Source: Octopus vulgaris
Taxonomy: Eukaryota
Length of the DNA: 64,000 nucleotides
NCBI GenBank assembly: GCA_951406725.2
Contig: OX597824.1
Span: 15,066,001-15,130,000, forward strand
Reading direction: 5' to 3'
The notes beneath the pieces are model-generated. The model did not search any database. It had not been told where the DNA came from and saw only the letters and a list, made by a program, of their open reading frames with translations. Positions 1 to 13,492 of this stretch are shown here, piece after piece. The translations under genes and the position numbers were made by a program. Numbering within the stretch: the stretch's first letter is position 1; every line of letters starts with the position of its first letter.

Positions 1-31
1 TATATATATATATATATATATATATAATAAG

Positions 32-279
32 ATTAGGGAGTAAATCCAAACTTAGAGGGAAAAATTAGATTTGGGATTAAATCCAATTTTATAGTATAAA
101 TATATATTATATTAAATTAGAGATAAAACCGCTATTAGGTAAATCAATTTTAATTGGATTTTTATATTTTATTTTTTATATTTTTTATAAATTTTTTAAT
201 TAATTTTATTTCTATGTATTGGTTTATGATTTTCACTGTTTGATTTGCCTAATAGTGGTTTTATCTCTAAGTTAATATA

Positions 280-363
<84 letters not shown>

Positions 364-570
364 CAAACAGTGAAAATCATAAGCCAATACATAGAAATAA
401 AATTAATTAAAAAATATATAAAAAATATAAAAAATAAAATATAAAAATCCAATTAAAATTGATTTACCTAATAGTGGTTTTATCTCTAATTTAATATAAT
501 ATATATTTATACTATAAAATTGGATTTAATCCTAAATCTAATTTTTCCCTCTAAGTTTGGATTTACTCCC

Positions 571-574
<4 letters not shown>
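32..574. mobile_element. Fold-back (palindromic) PLE-terminus-like insert in (TA)n; arms 32-245 and 361-574
   Basis: 32-245 is the reverse complement of 361-574 with a few substitutions. Flanked and split by (TA)n. Homologous to 36238-36350, the end of an HHR-bearing element. Confidence 0.75.
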
Positions 575-620
<46 letters not shown>

Positions 621-621
<1 letters not shown>

Positions 622-844
622 CAATTGCAGCGTGGAAGGTGTTTATAAGCCATTTAAGAAACACACAAAAACCGTTCGATTCACTTCAACATTTAAGTTT
701 AATTTAAACTTAAATGTTGAAGTGAATCGATCGGCTTTTGTGTGTTTCTTAAATGGCTTATAAACACCTTCCACGCTGCAATTGTTTTCGTTTCAGCACA
801 CGATCTCAGATCAAATTACTTGCTATGCGAGTACATCTCCGTAA
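621..844. mobile_element. Palindromic insert (arms about 621-700 and 705-785) in (TA)n, same family as 17838-18105
   Basis: acaattgcagcgtggaaggtgtttataagcc... pairs with ...ggcttataaacaccttccacgctgcaattgt. The same sequence recurs at 17895-17980. Confidence 0.75.
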
Positions 845-857
845 TATATATATATAA

Positions 858-907
<50 letters not shown>

Positions 908-994
908 TCATCTAAACTGCTGATTTGATTCACTCGGCTTAAATAGTTTTCCTTTCTGTCGTTTATCATAACGGCAACATTTTTTTACTTGAGC

Positions 995-1275
995 AAACGA
1001 ACATCGCAAAGCTGTGACACGAAGTGATAGTGATAAATCGCGTATAGCTGATCATGTATGGAAAAATGGAGACTACCTCCCCTTGTGGGATGAAGTTAAA
1101 ATAATAGACAGAGAACACCACTGGAAAATACGAAAACCCAAAAGAAGCAGCACATATGCTAGGACACTACAACCCCCGAAGCAGACCGAGTGCAGATATG
1201 AACAGCATATGGGAACCAACATTAAGGAAGGATAGAAAAATATTAGATTTATATGCCCTAAAATTCACTCCATAA
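995..1275 (+). pseudogene. Penelope-like element GIY-YIG endonuclease C-terminal remnant (frameshifted)
   Basis: EHRKAVTRSDSDKSRIADHVWKNGDYLPLWDEVKIIDREHHWKIRK/KEAAHM... matches the PLE EN pattern EH..A....S.IA.H.....WD...I...E.....R..KEA. Confidence 0.75.
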
Positions 1276-1283
1276 TTGCCCAT

Positions 1284-1525
1284 GGGCATATGACGTAGTG
1301 GTTAAGAGCGCGGGTTACTAACCCCAAGATTACGAGTTCGATTCCAAGCAGTGACCTTAACAATTATAATAATAATAATAATAACATCGAAAAATACCTT
1401 AGGAATGAGAACTCAGGTTCGAAATTTCCCCAAGACACCTAAAGAAGGCTGGAGGGAATATCAGCTGAAACGTTGTGTTAACAACAAACAAGATGAGGAC
1501 AAATACCCGTCGAATGTAAATAATG
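1284..1525 (+). mobile_element. tRNA-like head + (AAT)n + hammerhead module (copy 1)
   Basis: A-box-like tgacgtagtgg and B-box gagttcgattcc. Co-linear with 46628-46920. Confidence 0.8.
1434..1479 (+). ncRNA. Minimal hammerhead ribozyme, decayed (core CTAAAGA, G5>A)
   Basis: GACAC-CTAAAGA-A-GGCTG..CAGCT-GAAA-CG-TT-GTGTT; the homologous copy at 46798 has an intact core. Confidence 0.65.
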
Positions 1526-1853
1526 AGTGAAATTAGTGTCAAAAAATTTTAATGCAGGGACTTTTGAGTACCGTCTGTAATTAAATATTTTATCACAAAC
1601 ACAACTAATATATATCATTGTATGTCGTTGATTGCCTCACGCAGGCTGTTTATTCTGTGTCAAAATTTATCTGAAAGCACCGTGAACTTTAAACTGAAGA
1701 CTAGGTGTTTTGTGATTGTTTCTGCCAGTAAATATCAGCTATCAAGATTCACAAATAAAATATTTTTATGTATGGGGAAGAGAAGGGGAATTCTAAGCTT
1801 TTCGAGTGCAGTACTATTGTAATAACTACTGGCTTACAAGGAGAGGATTTCAC

Positions 1854-2475
1854 TAGGAGGCTGGGCTGAAAAGTTCATAGGCTGACTATGAAGGAATGAC
1901 GCTTGAGTTGTGGAATCTTGCATGCATTAATTACAGGCGTAGGAGTGGCTGTTTGGTAAGTAGCCTGCTCACCAACCACATGGTTCCGGGTTCAGTTCCA
2001 CTGCGTTGCACCTTGGGCAAAGTGTCTTCTACTAGAGCCTCGTGCCGACCAAAGCCTTGTGAGTGGATTTGGTAGACGGAAACTGAAAGAAGCCTGTCGT
2101 ATATATATATGTATATATGTGTGTGTGTATTTGTGTGTCTGTGTTTGTCCCCCTAGCATTGCTTGACAACCGATGTTGGTGTGTTTAGGTCCCCGTAACT
2201 TAGCGGCTCGGCAAAAGAGACCGATAGAATAAGTACTAGGCTTACAAAAAGTAAGTCCTGGGGTCGATTTGCTCGACTAAAAGGCGGTGCTCCAGCATGG
2301 CCACAGTCAAATGATTGAAACAAGTAAAAGAATAAAAGAGTAAATGAGTATATTAATAAATGCATTGTTTCTTTCCAGGTAAACTGACACCTGACTGTTC
2401 AAAGATGATTTTAAAGTAACTAGTAGTGACTTTTCTTGAAAATGGATAAGGTTTCGCATCGTGGGGTCATCTTCA
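1854..2475 (+). mobile_element. Mariner-type DNA transposon 5' remnant interrupted by a SINE
   Basis: TIR-like taggaggctgggctgaaaagttcataggctgac, then a transposase-like start MDKVSHRGVI at 2442. A weakly related end follows the mariner remnant near 53310. Confidence 0.55.
1935..2340 (+). mobile_element. tRNA-derived SINE family A (full length)
   Basis: Head ggcgtaggagtggctgtttggtaag...gggttcagttcc, body gccttgtgagtggatttggtagacggaaactg, internal microsatellite, tail aaacaagtaaaagaataaaag. About 20 copies in the window. Confidence 0.9.
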
Positions 2476-2574
2476 AGAATCACCATAACCCTCCTAAATC
2501 CAGCTGCCTACTTTTGCACTGTTGGTAAAGCTGGGGCGTCGGCCCCTAATGCAGCAACCAGGTCAGCACGAAGG

Positions 2575-2712
2575 CGGCGAGTTGCCAGACTCATTAATAC
2601 GCCAGACGAAATGTTTTGCGGTATTTCGTCCGTCTTCACGTTCTGAGTTCAAATTCCGCCGAGGTCGACTATGCCTTTCATCCTTTCGGGGTCGATTAAA
2701 TAAGTACCAGTT
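2575..2712 (+). mobile_element. SINE family B (partial)
   Basis: gttctgagttcaaattccgccgaggtcgact..gcctttcatcctttcggggtcga is shared with 24828-25410, 26760-27207 and 55680-55908. Confidence 0.85.
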
Positions 2713-2715
2713 ACA

Positions 2716-3021
2716 GGGGCACTCGGAGCACTAACAACCAAGTTCGAGAAATATGTCAGAGAAATTGGAATTGACATGAGAGCAGAGGAAGCCTCAAAAA
2801 ACTGCTCTATTGGGGACAGCTAGGATTTTGAGATTGGTACTTGGATGTTGAATGTCTCCCACGATAATTAACAACCAAGTATCAAAGCCTATAATGTGCG
2901 GTAAGAGACCCTGTGAAACCTCTGACAGCAGGCTGCTGTTCGCTCTCACGGAATCTAGCAGAAAAACACAAGACCGAACGCTCTGAGAAGTAAAACAACA
3001 AAAAACAAAAACAAGAACAAG

Positions 3022-3052
<31 letters not shown>
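2716..3052 (+). pseudogene. R4/Dong-type (restriction-like endonuclease) non-LTR retrotransposon extreme 3' end, with (AAC)n tail
   Basis: GALGALTTKFEKYVREIGIDMRAEEA/KTALLGTARILRLVLGC* parallels the end of the copy at 4442-5577. Confidence 0.75.
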
Positions 3053-3054
<2 letters not shown>

Positions 3055-4311
3055 AGACACTGAAGGTTTCAATATTGGCGGCACAAAACCAAAGCTTACT
3101 CATCAAAAAACTACCAGGCTAACGTTCTTCGAAACAGTTCCGACTCTAAATGCAGATTCCGCGATAAATTTGATGAAACAATTGACCATCTCATCTCGAG
3201 ATGTCCCGTGCTGACACCAAACGAATACATTTGATACATTTGATAGGTCTCGGGATGTCATGTGCTGACACCAAACGAATACATAAATCACCATTATAGG
3301 GTAGGGCAGTATTTACATTGGAAAATATGTAAACACTACAAAATCAGCACTCCTGCTTACGGAGCCAGTCGTTGAATGTAAAAATGTCACTATCCTCTGG
3401 GATTTTCCAGTCAACACCGACAGAACGATCCAGGCTAATCGACCAGACATAATCATTAAAGACAGAGAAGAAAATACTTGTAAACTAATAGACGTAAGTG
3501 TTCCTACTAATAAAAAAAATGTATCTGTAAAGGAATTTGACAAATTAAGTAAACATAAGGCGCAGGAGTGGCTGTGTGGTAAGTAGCTTTCTTACCAACC
3601 ACATGGTTACGGGTTCAGTCCCACTGCGTGGCACCATGGGCAAGTGTCTTCTACTATAGCCTCGGGCCGACCAAAGCCTTGTGAGTGGATTTGGTTGACG
3701 GAAACCGAAAGAAGCCCGTCGTATATATGTGTGTGTATGTATGTTGTGTATCTGTATTTGTTCCCCCAACATCGCTTGACAACCGATGCTGGTGTGTTTA
3801 CGTCCCCGTAACTTAGCGGTTCGGCAAAAGAGACCTATAGAATAAGTACTAGGCTTTCAAAGAACAAGTCCTCGGGTCGATTTGATTCGACTAAAGGCTG
3901 TGCTCCGGCATGGCCGCAGTCAAATGACTGAAACAAGTGAAGAAAAATAAGGACCTGGAAATTGAAATACAAAAGATGTGACATCTTAAAGTGAGAACTG
4001 TTCCTGTTATTGTGGGTTCCCTTGTTATGATAAGAAAGGGATGTCAGAAACATATAAATAATACTCCAGGAGAACCACGTCTCAGAGAAATCCGAAAGAT
4101 TGTGCTGACAAGTACTGCCAACAGACTTAGAAAACCCTATCAATTTAAATGTCTGTGTTGTATTACATGAAGATATTTCGCTACTGCCCCTATCACATCC
4201 CTTCCACAAGCTTTCAGTCATACTGTAATATCTCTTATCCTTCACTCGCCCTAGGACGCTGGGTGTGTCTCGGCGAGTGATTGTAACACACATGAAGATT
4301 AAAAGTAAATG
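3053..4311 (+). pseudogene. R4/Dong-type retrotransposon 3' fragment (CCHC + PD-(D/E)xK endonuclease), split by a SINE
   Basis: ETIDHLISRCPVL...ILWDFPVNTDRTIQANRPDIIIKDREENTCKLIDVSVP...KEFDKLSK [SINE] DLEIEIQKM*HLKVRTVPVIVGSL; ends in (TAA)n. Confidence 0.85.
3558..3950 (+). mobile_element. SINE family A inserted in R4/Dong remnant
   Basis: Full family-A sequence with apparent TSD ataagg on both sides; the host frame resumes after it. Confidence 0.9.
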
Positions 4312-5577
<1,266 letters not shown>

Positions 5578-5581
5578 ATAA

Positions 5582-5665
<84 letters not shown>

Positions 5666-6160
5666 TAGCGTATTGTATATACTGCTCAGGTGCACTGATA
5701 CCTCGTCAGAAAAAGGGTTCAAAAAAGGAAAGAAAGCAACAGTAAATCAGGAAAGCATCGCAGATATTTGGCTTACCTTCGAAGGAAATACGCTGCTCGC
5801 CTAATATAGCAAACGTCTGAGTTTCTTCGTGAAAGATAACGAAGTAATGAATAGCCTAACCAGCAACAGGTATTAGTTTGTTATCTAGAATGTTTACTAG
5901 CAGAATAATCAGGAGTGGCGGCAGTATTTAGAAGAGCAGGATTATAATACGTGGTGGTGGTGGTGGTGGTGGTGGTGGTGGGAGATAGATGAATTTACTA
6001 TCTGTGCAATAACGAACCTGGCGGTGACGATTGCGGTGGCAATTGCGGTGTGGTGATGGTGGTGGTGGTGGTGGTGCCTGAACGTGGTCTCTCGGTCTGC
6101 TTGAAATAACAGCTAAATTTCATGCATGTTTCATCATCACAACGGAGGGATTGTATTTCG

Positions 6161-6239
6161 CAAGTGTCTTCTACTATAACCTCGGGCTGATCGAAGCCTT
6201 GTTAGTGGATTTGATAGACGGAAACTGAAAGACGCCTGT

Positions 6240-6312
<73 letters not shown>

Positions 6313-6608
6313 CTTAGCGGTTCGACAAAGGAGACCAATAGAATAAGTCTAGCAGTCGATTTCTCCGACTAAAAACCGGTGCTCCACCATGGCCACAGTC
6401 AAATGACTGAAACAAGTAAAAGAAAAGAATATACATACATACATACATACATACATACATGCATACACATATACATATATATGCATACTGTATGTACACA
6501 CAAACATAAACACACACACACGCACACACACACACATATATATATACACACGGGGGTGGGGTGCGTGTGTGTGTCTGTCTGTTCACCAACATCGCTTGAT
6601 AACCGGTG
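6161..6608 (+). repeat. Deleted SINE A + microsatellite + SINE fragment, duplicated at 15775-16188
   Basis: Shares private variants (ctcgggctgatcgaagccttgttag; aataagtctagcagtcgatttctccgactaaaaaccgg; ggggtggggtgcgtg) with 15775-16188. Confidence 0.85.
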
Positions 6609-6830
6609 GAGAATGGAGTGGTCATGACTGGAATGCCTTCGATCGTAGGCTGAACCTCCACGAGGTGCACGTGCACTTCGGTTTCCATGGCAATTGTTTG
6701 CGACTGCCACCCACGGCATTCAATGCAGTTGCGTTTTGGTGTTTCGTTTCAAGGAAAGTTGAAAGGTTATCTGCAAATTGGGTCTCAGCCACAAACTAGC
6801 ATGCCTTGGAATATCTACATTTACATCTCC

Positions 6831-7149
6831 GGCGCAGGAGTGGCTGTGCGGTAAGTCGCTTGCTTACCAACCACATGGTCCTGGGTTCAACCCCACTGCG
6901 TGGTACCTTGGTCAAGTGTCTTCTACTATAGCCTCGGGCCGACCGAAGCCTTGTGAATGGATTTGGTAGACGGAAACTGAAAGAAGCCCGTCGTATGTAT
7001 GTATGTATGTATGTATGTATGTATGTATGTATGTATGTATGTATGTATGTATGTATGTATGTATGTATGTATGTATGTATGTATGTATGTATGTATGTAT
7101 GTATGTATGTATGTATGTATGTATGTATGTATGTATGTATGTATGTATG

Positions 7150-7188
<39 letters not shown>

Positions 7189-7400
7189 TGTGTGTGTAAA
7201 TGTTTGTGTGTCTGTGTTTGTCCCCCCAACATCGCTTGACAACCGATGCTGGTGTGTTTACGTCCCCGTAACTTAGCGGTTCGGCAAATAGGCTTACAAA
7301 GTATAAGCTCTGGGGTCGATTTGCTCGACTAAAGGCGGTGCTCCAGCATGACCGCAGTCAAATGACTGAAACAAGTAAAAGAGTAAAAGAATAAAAGAAT
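6831..7400 (+). mobile_element. SINE family A with expanded internal (TATG)n
   Basis: Family-A head, body and tail. Confidence 0.9.
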
Positions 7401-7629
7401 ATAAACATGACATTTGAAAAAATTGCTTTTCTTTTGCGGTTCAGTGTAGCAGTCATTATTTGACTCAAACATTTTGCTCAACGTAACTTAAACGTTCCAA
7501 GTACACTCTCATTATTGTTACATGCTATTAGATCGATTTGGGTGATCTACCAATTAAATATTGCAGTGACATGCTATTTGTATACAATATTTGATTTAAT
7601 TTTTTGTTTCACTGTTGTAGTTTGGGTGC

Positions 7630-8142
7630 TAGCCTTCAAGAGAAGACCCTCCATCAGGCACTTGCCATATTCTGAACGCCTTACTTCCCTGGGCATGGAT
7701 ACATTGAAACTCCGACGTCTGGCAGCTGACTTGACAGACACCCGCAAAATTATTAACCATTTTACTAACAATAACTCTGAGCACCTTTTCAAACTCCACC
7801 CGTCTAACACCCGTGGACATATTTACAAAGTCAGAAAACATCACAGCTCCCGTGACTTTCGGATACACTTTTTCACGCTAAGAGTTGCTGAAGCATGGAA
7901 CAAACTGCTGGCATCAGTTGTTAGTTGTCGGAGCACTGCATCCTTCAAAACTTCAATGCTTCCTGAGATTCGCCAACACTACACCTGATTTTCTCCCCTC
8001 CATACACACGCAAGCATGTATCTGACTCATACACTGTTCACATTCCAGACATTTGTACATTACTGCACATACTTTATACGCACTTTTGACAAGTTGTGGT
8101 GCACCTGTGCAGTGTATACAATAATTTCATTATTATTATTAT
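7630..8142 (+). pseudogene. CR1-clade LINE 3' end (ORF2 C-terminus + 3' UTR + (ATT)n)
   Basis: IRHLPYSERLTSLGMDTLKLRRLAADL...KII...NTRGHIYKV...FFTLRVAEAWNKL..SVV...SFK is the typical CR1 ORF2 tail. Confidence 0.85.
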
Positions 8143-9577
8143 TTAAAAACTCCACCTGTCTAACACCCGTGGACATGTTTACAAAGTCAGAAAACATCAC
8201 AGCTCCCGTGACTTTCGGATACACTTTTTCACACTAAGAGTTGCTGAAGCATGGAACAAACTGCTGGCATCAGTTGTTAGTTGTCGGAGCACTGCATCCT
8301 TCAAAACTTCCATGCTTCCTGAGATTCGCCAACACTACACCTGATTTTCTCCCCTCCATACACACACAAGCATGCATGTATCTGACTCATACACTGTTCA
8401 CTTTCCAGACATTTGTACATTACTGCATATGCTTTATAAGCACTTTCGAGAAGTTGTGGTGCACCTGAGCACTGTATACAATAATATTCATTATTATTAT
8501 TATTTAAAAACACCACCTGTCTAACACCCGTGGACATGTTTACAAAGTCAGAAAACATCACAGCTCCCGTGACTTTCGGATACACTTTTTCACGCTAAGA
8601 GTTGCTGAAGCATGGGAACAGACTGCCGGCATCAGTTGTTAGTTGTCGGAGCACTGCATCCTTCAAAACTTCCATGCTTCCTGAGATTCGTCAACACTAC
8701 ACCTGATTTTCTCCCCTCCATACACACGCAAGCATGTAACCTACTCATACACTGTTCACTTTCCAGACATTTGTACATTACTGCATATGCTTTATACGCA
8801 CTTTCGACAAGTTGTGGTGCACCTGTGCACTGTATACAGTAATTTCATTATTATTATTATTTAAAAACACCACCTGTCTAACACCCGTGGACATGTTTAC
8901 AAAGTCAGAAAACATTACAGCTCCCGTGACTTTCGGATACACTTTTTCACGCTAAGAGTTGCTGAAGCATGGGAACAGACTGCCGGCATCAGTTGTTAGT
9001 TGTCGGAGCACTGCATCCTTCAAAACTTCCATGCTTCCTGAGATTCGTCAACACTACACCTGATTTTCTCCCCTCCATACACACGCAAGCATGTAACCTA
9101 CTCATACACTGTTCACTTTCCAGACATTTGTACATTACTGCATATGCTTTATACGCACTTTCGACAAGTTGTGGTGCACCTGTGCACTGTATACAGTAAT
9201 TTCATTATTATTATTATTTAAAAACTCCACCTGTCTAACACCCGTGGACATGTTTACAAAGTCAGAAAACATCACAGCTCCCGTGACTTTCGGATACACT
9301 TTTTCACGCTAAGAGTTGCTGAAGCATGGGAACAGACTGCCGGCATCAGTTGTTAGTTGTCGGAGCACTGCATCCTTCAAAACTTCCATGCTTCCTGAGA
9401 TTCGCCAACACTACACCTGATTTTCTCCCCTCATACACACGCAAGCATGTATCTGACTCATACACTGTTCACTTTCCAGACATTTGTACATTACTGCATA
9501 TGCTTTATACGCACTTTCTGACAAGTTGTGGTGCACCTGTGCACTGTATACAGTAATTTCATTATTATTATTATTAT
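7791..9577 (+). repeat. Five-unit tandem array (about 357 bp) of the CR1 3' end
   Basis: Units start at 7791, 8147, 8508, 8865 and 9222; each ends in (att)n. Confidence 0.95.
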
Positions 9578-9645
9578 AAATAGTCTAGTATCTAAAATGC
9601 ATTTGCGTTAGTGCAACCGTTGGCATTTTTGATTTTTCATAATCA

Positions 9646-9798
9646 GTTAGACCGGGTTGAAAGTATGCCTGTAGCATTGTAATCTTCTCCAGATAACCCC
9701 ATTAAACTGGCATTCACAGGTCTGCTCCGGAACCATGTGGTTGGGAAACACTCTTTTTACCACACAGCCACTCTTGCGCCGATAATATTTTTATTTAC

Positions 9799-9841
<43 letters not shown>

Positions 9842-10015
9842 TTTCGTTTACTCGGTTAGACCGGGTTGAAAGTATGCCTGTAGCATTGTAATCTTCTCCA
9901 GATAACCGCATTAAACTGGCATTCACAGGTCTGCTCCGGAACCATGTGGTTGGGAAACACTCTTTTTACCACACAGCCACTCTTGCGCCGATAATATTTT
10001 TATTTACTTATTTTT
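9646..10015. repeat. About 209-bp-period tandem duplication including a SINE A head fragment
   Basis: gttagaccgggttgaaagtatgcctgtagc... at 9646 and 9855. Confidence 0.9.
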
Positions 10016-10024
10016 CTTTTATTC

Positions 10025-10242
10025 TTTTCTTTTATTCTTTTACTTGTTTCAGTCATTTGACTGCGGCCATGCTGGAGCACCACCTTTAGTTGAGCAAATC
10101 GACCCCGGGACTTATTCTTTGTAAGCCCAGTACTTATTCTATCGGTCTCTTTTGCCGAACCGCTAAGTTACGGGGACGTAAACACACCAGCATCGGTTGT
10201 CAAGCAAGGGGGGTGGTAGGAGGACAAACACAGACATAGAAT

Positions 10243-10277
<35 letters not shown>

Positions 10278-10790
10278 CGACAGGCTTTTTCAGTTTCCGT
10301 CTACCAAATCCACTCACAAGGCATTGGTCGGCCCTGAGGCTATAGCAGAAGACACTTGCCCAAGATGCCACGCAGTGGGACTGAACCCGGAACCATGTGG
10401 CTGGTTAGCAAGCTACTTACCACACAGCCATTTATTTATTTCGTTTACTCGGTTAGGCCCGAGGCTGTAGTAGAAGATACTTGCCCATGGTGTCACGCAG
10501 TGGGACTGAACCCGAACTATGTGGTTGGCAAGCAAGTTTCTACCACACAGCCGCACCTGAGCCTATTTTAACTTAACAAATATCTTTACTCTCTTTTACT
10601 CTTTTACTTCTTTCAGTCATTTGACTGCGGCCATGCTGGAACACCGCCTTTAGTCGAGCAGATCGGCCCCAGGTAGCACTTATTCTATCGGCTGTTTTGC
10701 CGAACCGCTAAGTTATTGGGACATAAACACAGCATCGGTTGTCAAGCGATGTTGGGGTGTGTGTGACAAACACGACACACACACACACAC

Positions 10791-10834
<44 letters not shown>

Positions 10835-10955
10835 CATACGACGGGCTTTTTTCAGTTTCCGAAGGCTTTGGTCTGCCTGATAGTAGAAGACACTTGCCCA
10901 AGATGCCGCGCAGTGGACCGAACCCGAACCATGTGGTTGGTAAACACACAGCCAC
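10025..10955 (-). mobile_element. Cluster of SINE family A copies (10025-10430, 10456-10560, 10590-10955)
   Basis: Reverse-complement family-A sequences. Confidence 0.85.
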
Positions 10956-11104
10956 TCTGCGCGCTTAGATTTCATATATATTTTAACAAATGCGCTAGCT
11001 TCAGGGTTCGATGTCTCCAAGGAGAGGCACGGAGGGTCCTGGCATTTAGAGATGCCTTGATGTTTCGAGGAAATATAATTGCCATATTCTGGTAAATATA
11101 TTTT

Positions 11105-11953
11105 GCCATATTCTGGCTTACTTCTGGGCACGGATACTTTGAAACTCGGACGTCTGGCAGCTGACTTGACACACCCGCAAAATTATTAACCATCTTATTA
11201 ACAACTAGCAGTATCGCCCGGCGTTGCTCGGGTTTGTAAGGGAAATAACTATATAAGCATTTTTAGAGATTTAAAGTATAATAGCCATCTCAATATGGTT
11301 AACCACAAAGGAGGGGGTGTTACTTTAGCTTTTTACGTTCTGAGATTTAATAATAAATTTTTAGAGAGTTACTTCACTTATATATGCCAAAAATGCATTA
11401 AAAATGGGAAAAATTGATGGCAAATTTTTTTTTAAATCGTAGACTCATCGTATACGCGCGCTAATACCCAGAAGGGCTCGATATGAATCACGACTATAAG
11501 ATACCCGGTTTTGGTTAAACTGCACCGCAAAATTTGGGAGTAGTTAGGAATCTAAATCGTAGGAGACAGCACACAACCTCACTTTTATATATAAAGATAA
11601 CTCTGAGCACCTTTTCAAACTCCACCTGTCTAACACCCGTGGACATGTTTACAAAGTCAGAAAACATCACAGCTCCCATGACTTTCAGAAACATTTTTTC
11701 ACACTAAGAGTTGCTGAAGTATAGAACAGACTGCCGGCATCAGTTGTTAGTTGTCGGAGCACTGCATCCTTCAAAACTTCCATGCTTCCTGAGATTCACC
11801 AACACTACACCTGATTTTCTCCCCTCCATACACATGCAAGCATGTATCTGACTCATACACTGTTCACTTTCCAGACATTTGTACATTACTGCATATGCTT
11901 TATACGCGCTTTCTGACAAGTTGTGGTGCACCTGAGCACTGTATACAATAATT

Positions 11954-12020
<67 letters not shown>
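11105..12020 (+). pseudogene. CR1 LINE 3' end interrupted by a Helitron
   Basis: Co-linear with 7665-8142 on either side of 11205-11597; long (ATT)n tail. Confidence 0.85.
11205..11597 (-). mobile_element. Non-autonomous Helitron
   Basis: Minus strand 5'-TCTTTATATATAAAAG...CCCGAGCAACGCCGGG-cgatactg-CTAG-3'. Inserted between A and T of aacaa|taactc with no TSD; the empty site is visible near 7770. Confidence 0.9.
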
Positions 12021-12021
<1 letters not shown>

Positions 12022-12175
12022 ATATTGAAAACAGAAATGAAATTCATAGTTTAAACATAAAAAATAGAAAAATTCTTATCGTCATTTGTTGTTTACCAAA
12101 GTTCAACATAATTTCATTATTTCAGTACTCGCCTTGTTAAATAATAATTTCAATGAAAATTGGAAAGAGTGAGCG

Positions 12176-12206
<31 letters not shown>

Positions 12207-12561
12207 GAGAGAGGGGGGATAATAAAAAAGAATGAGGAAGAGAGAGAGTGAGAGAGAGATAGGGTGAGGGAGAGAGACATATATAGTAAGAGAGAAAGGG
12301 TGAGGGAGAGAGATTGAGAGAGATAGAGTGAAGGAGAGAAAGAGTGAGATAAGAAGAGAGAGAGAGAGAGAGAGAGGGAGGGGAAACAGAAAGAGAGAAA
12401 GAGACAGTGAGGAAGAGAGAGTGGGAGAGAGAGGGTGAGAGAGATAGTAAGAAAGGATGAGGAAAAGAGAGAGAGTGAGAGAGATAGGATAAAGGAGAGA
12501 TATATATATAGCGAGAGAGAAAGAGTGAGAGAGAGAGTGTGAGAGAGATAGAGTGAGAGAG

Positions 12562-12598
<37 letters not shown>

Positions 12599-12677
12599 TG
12601 AGTCCATGCAATAGCGAAAAATAGTGGTGCCTGTTAGTTGGGATAGTTAATAAGAAAATATTAATATAAACCCCCAA

Positions 12678-12781
<104 letters not shown>

Positions 12782-13441
12782 CACAAAATCCAGCTTCTTT
12801 TTTGATTAAAGTGTGTTTTTCTTTTGCAAAACATGGCGGTGTTGGTGGGAGCAGACATGTTGTTTTATACGACCCGATTCGTTGAATGAGGCTGATAGAC
12901 AAAGAAAAGTCGGAAGGTCACTTTTAACACTAATATTGTTCTGTTCGCTTTTATTTTGTTCTGTTTTGTTTATATTTCTGCATATTCAGATATCTAAGTA
13001 TTGCGCTGGTAGAATCGTTAGCGCGCCGGACAAAGTGCTTCGCAGGTTTTTCGGCCACCAACACGTTCGAATCCCAGCAAGGTCAGCTTTGCCTTTCGTC
13101 CTTTCGGGAACGGTAAAATAAGTCCCAGTTGAAGAATTGGGGTCGGCGCAAACGACTAACCTCTCCCCACCCCAACCCCAACCCCCACCAAAAAATTTCC
13201 ATCCTTGTGCTTATTGTAGAAAGCAATAATTACTCATTTCTCGCTTTCAGTAATTTTGACTGCGGCCATGCTGGAGCACTGCCACCAGTCGAAGAAATCG
13301 ACCCCTCACTGGACTTATTCTCTGTAAGCCTGGTACTTATTCCATCGTTTTTTTTTTGCCGAACCGTTAAATTACGGGGACGTAAACGCACCAAGATCGG
13401 TTGTCAAGTGATGATGGAGGGACAAACAGACAGAAACACAC

Positions 13442-13488
<47 letters not shown>

Positions 13489-13492
<4 letters not shown>

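Noticed and set aside
1284-1357. tRNA gene calls here and at other SINE heads (14567, 18782, 46628, 57387)
   Set aside because: Acceptor stems do not pair properly and the heads continue into repeat bodies, so they are tRNA-derived rather than genes.
6609-6800. Higher-complexity stretch with short ORFs, a possible host exon
   Set aside because: It begins with a dispersed repeat motif also seen near 54805 and 58370, and has no recognisable protein similarity.
7791-9577. Regular repeat array resembling CRISPR or a tandem gene cluster
   Set aside because: There are no unique spacers, the units are CR1 3' ends, and the context is eukaryotic.
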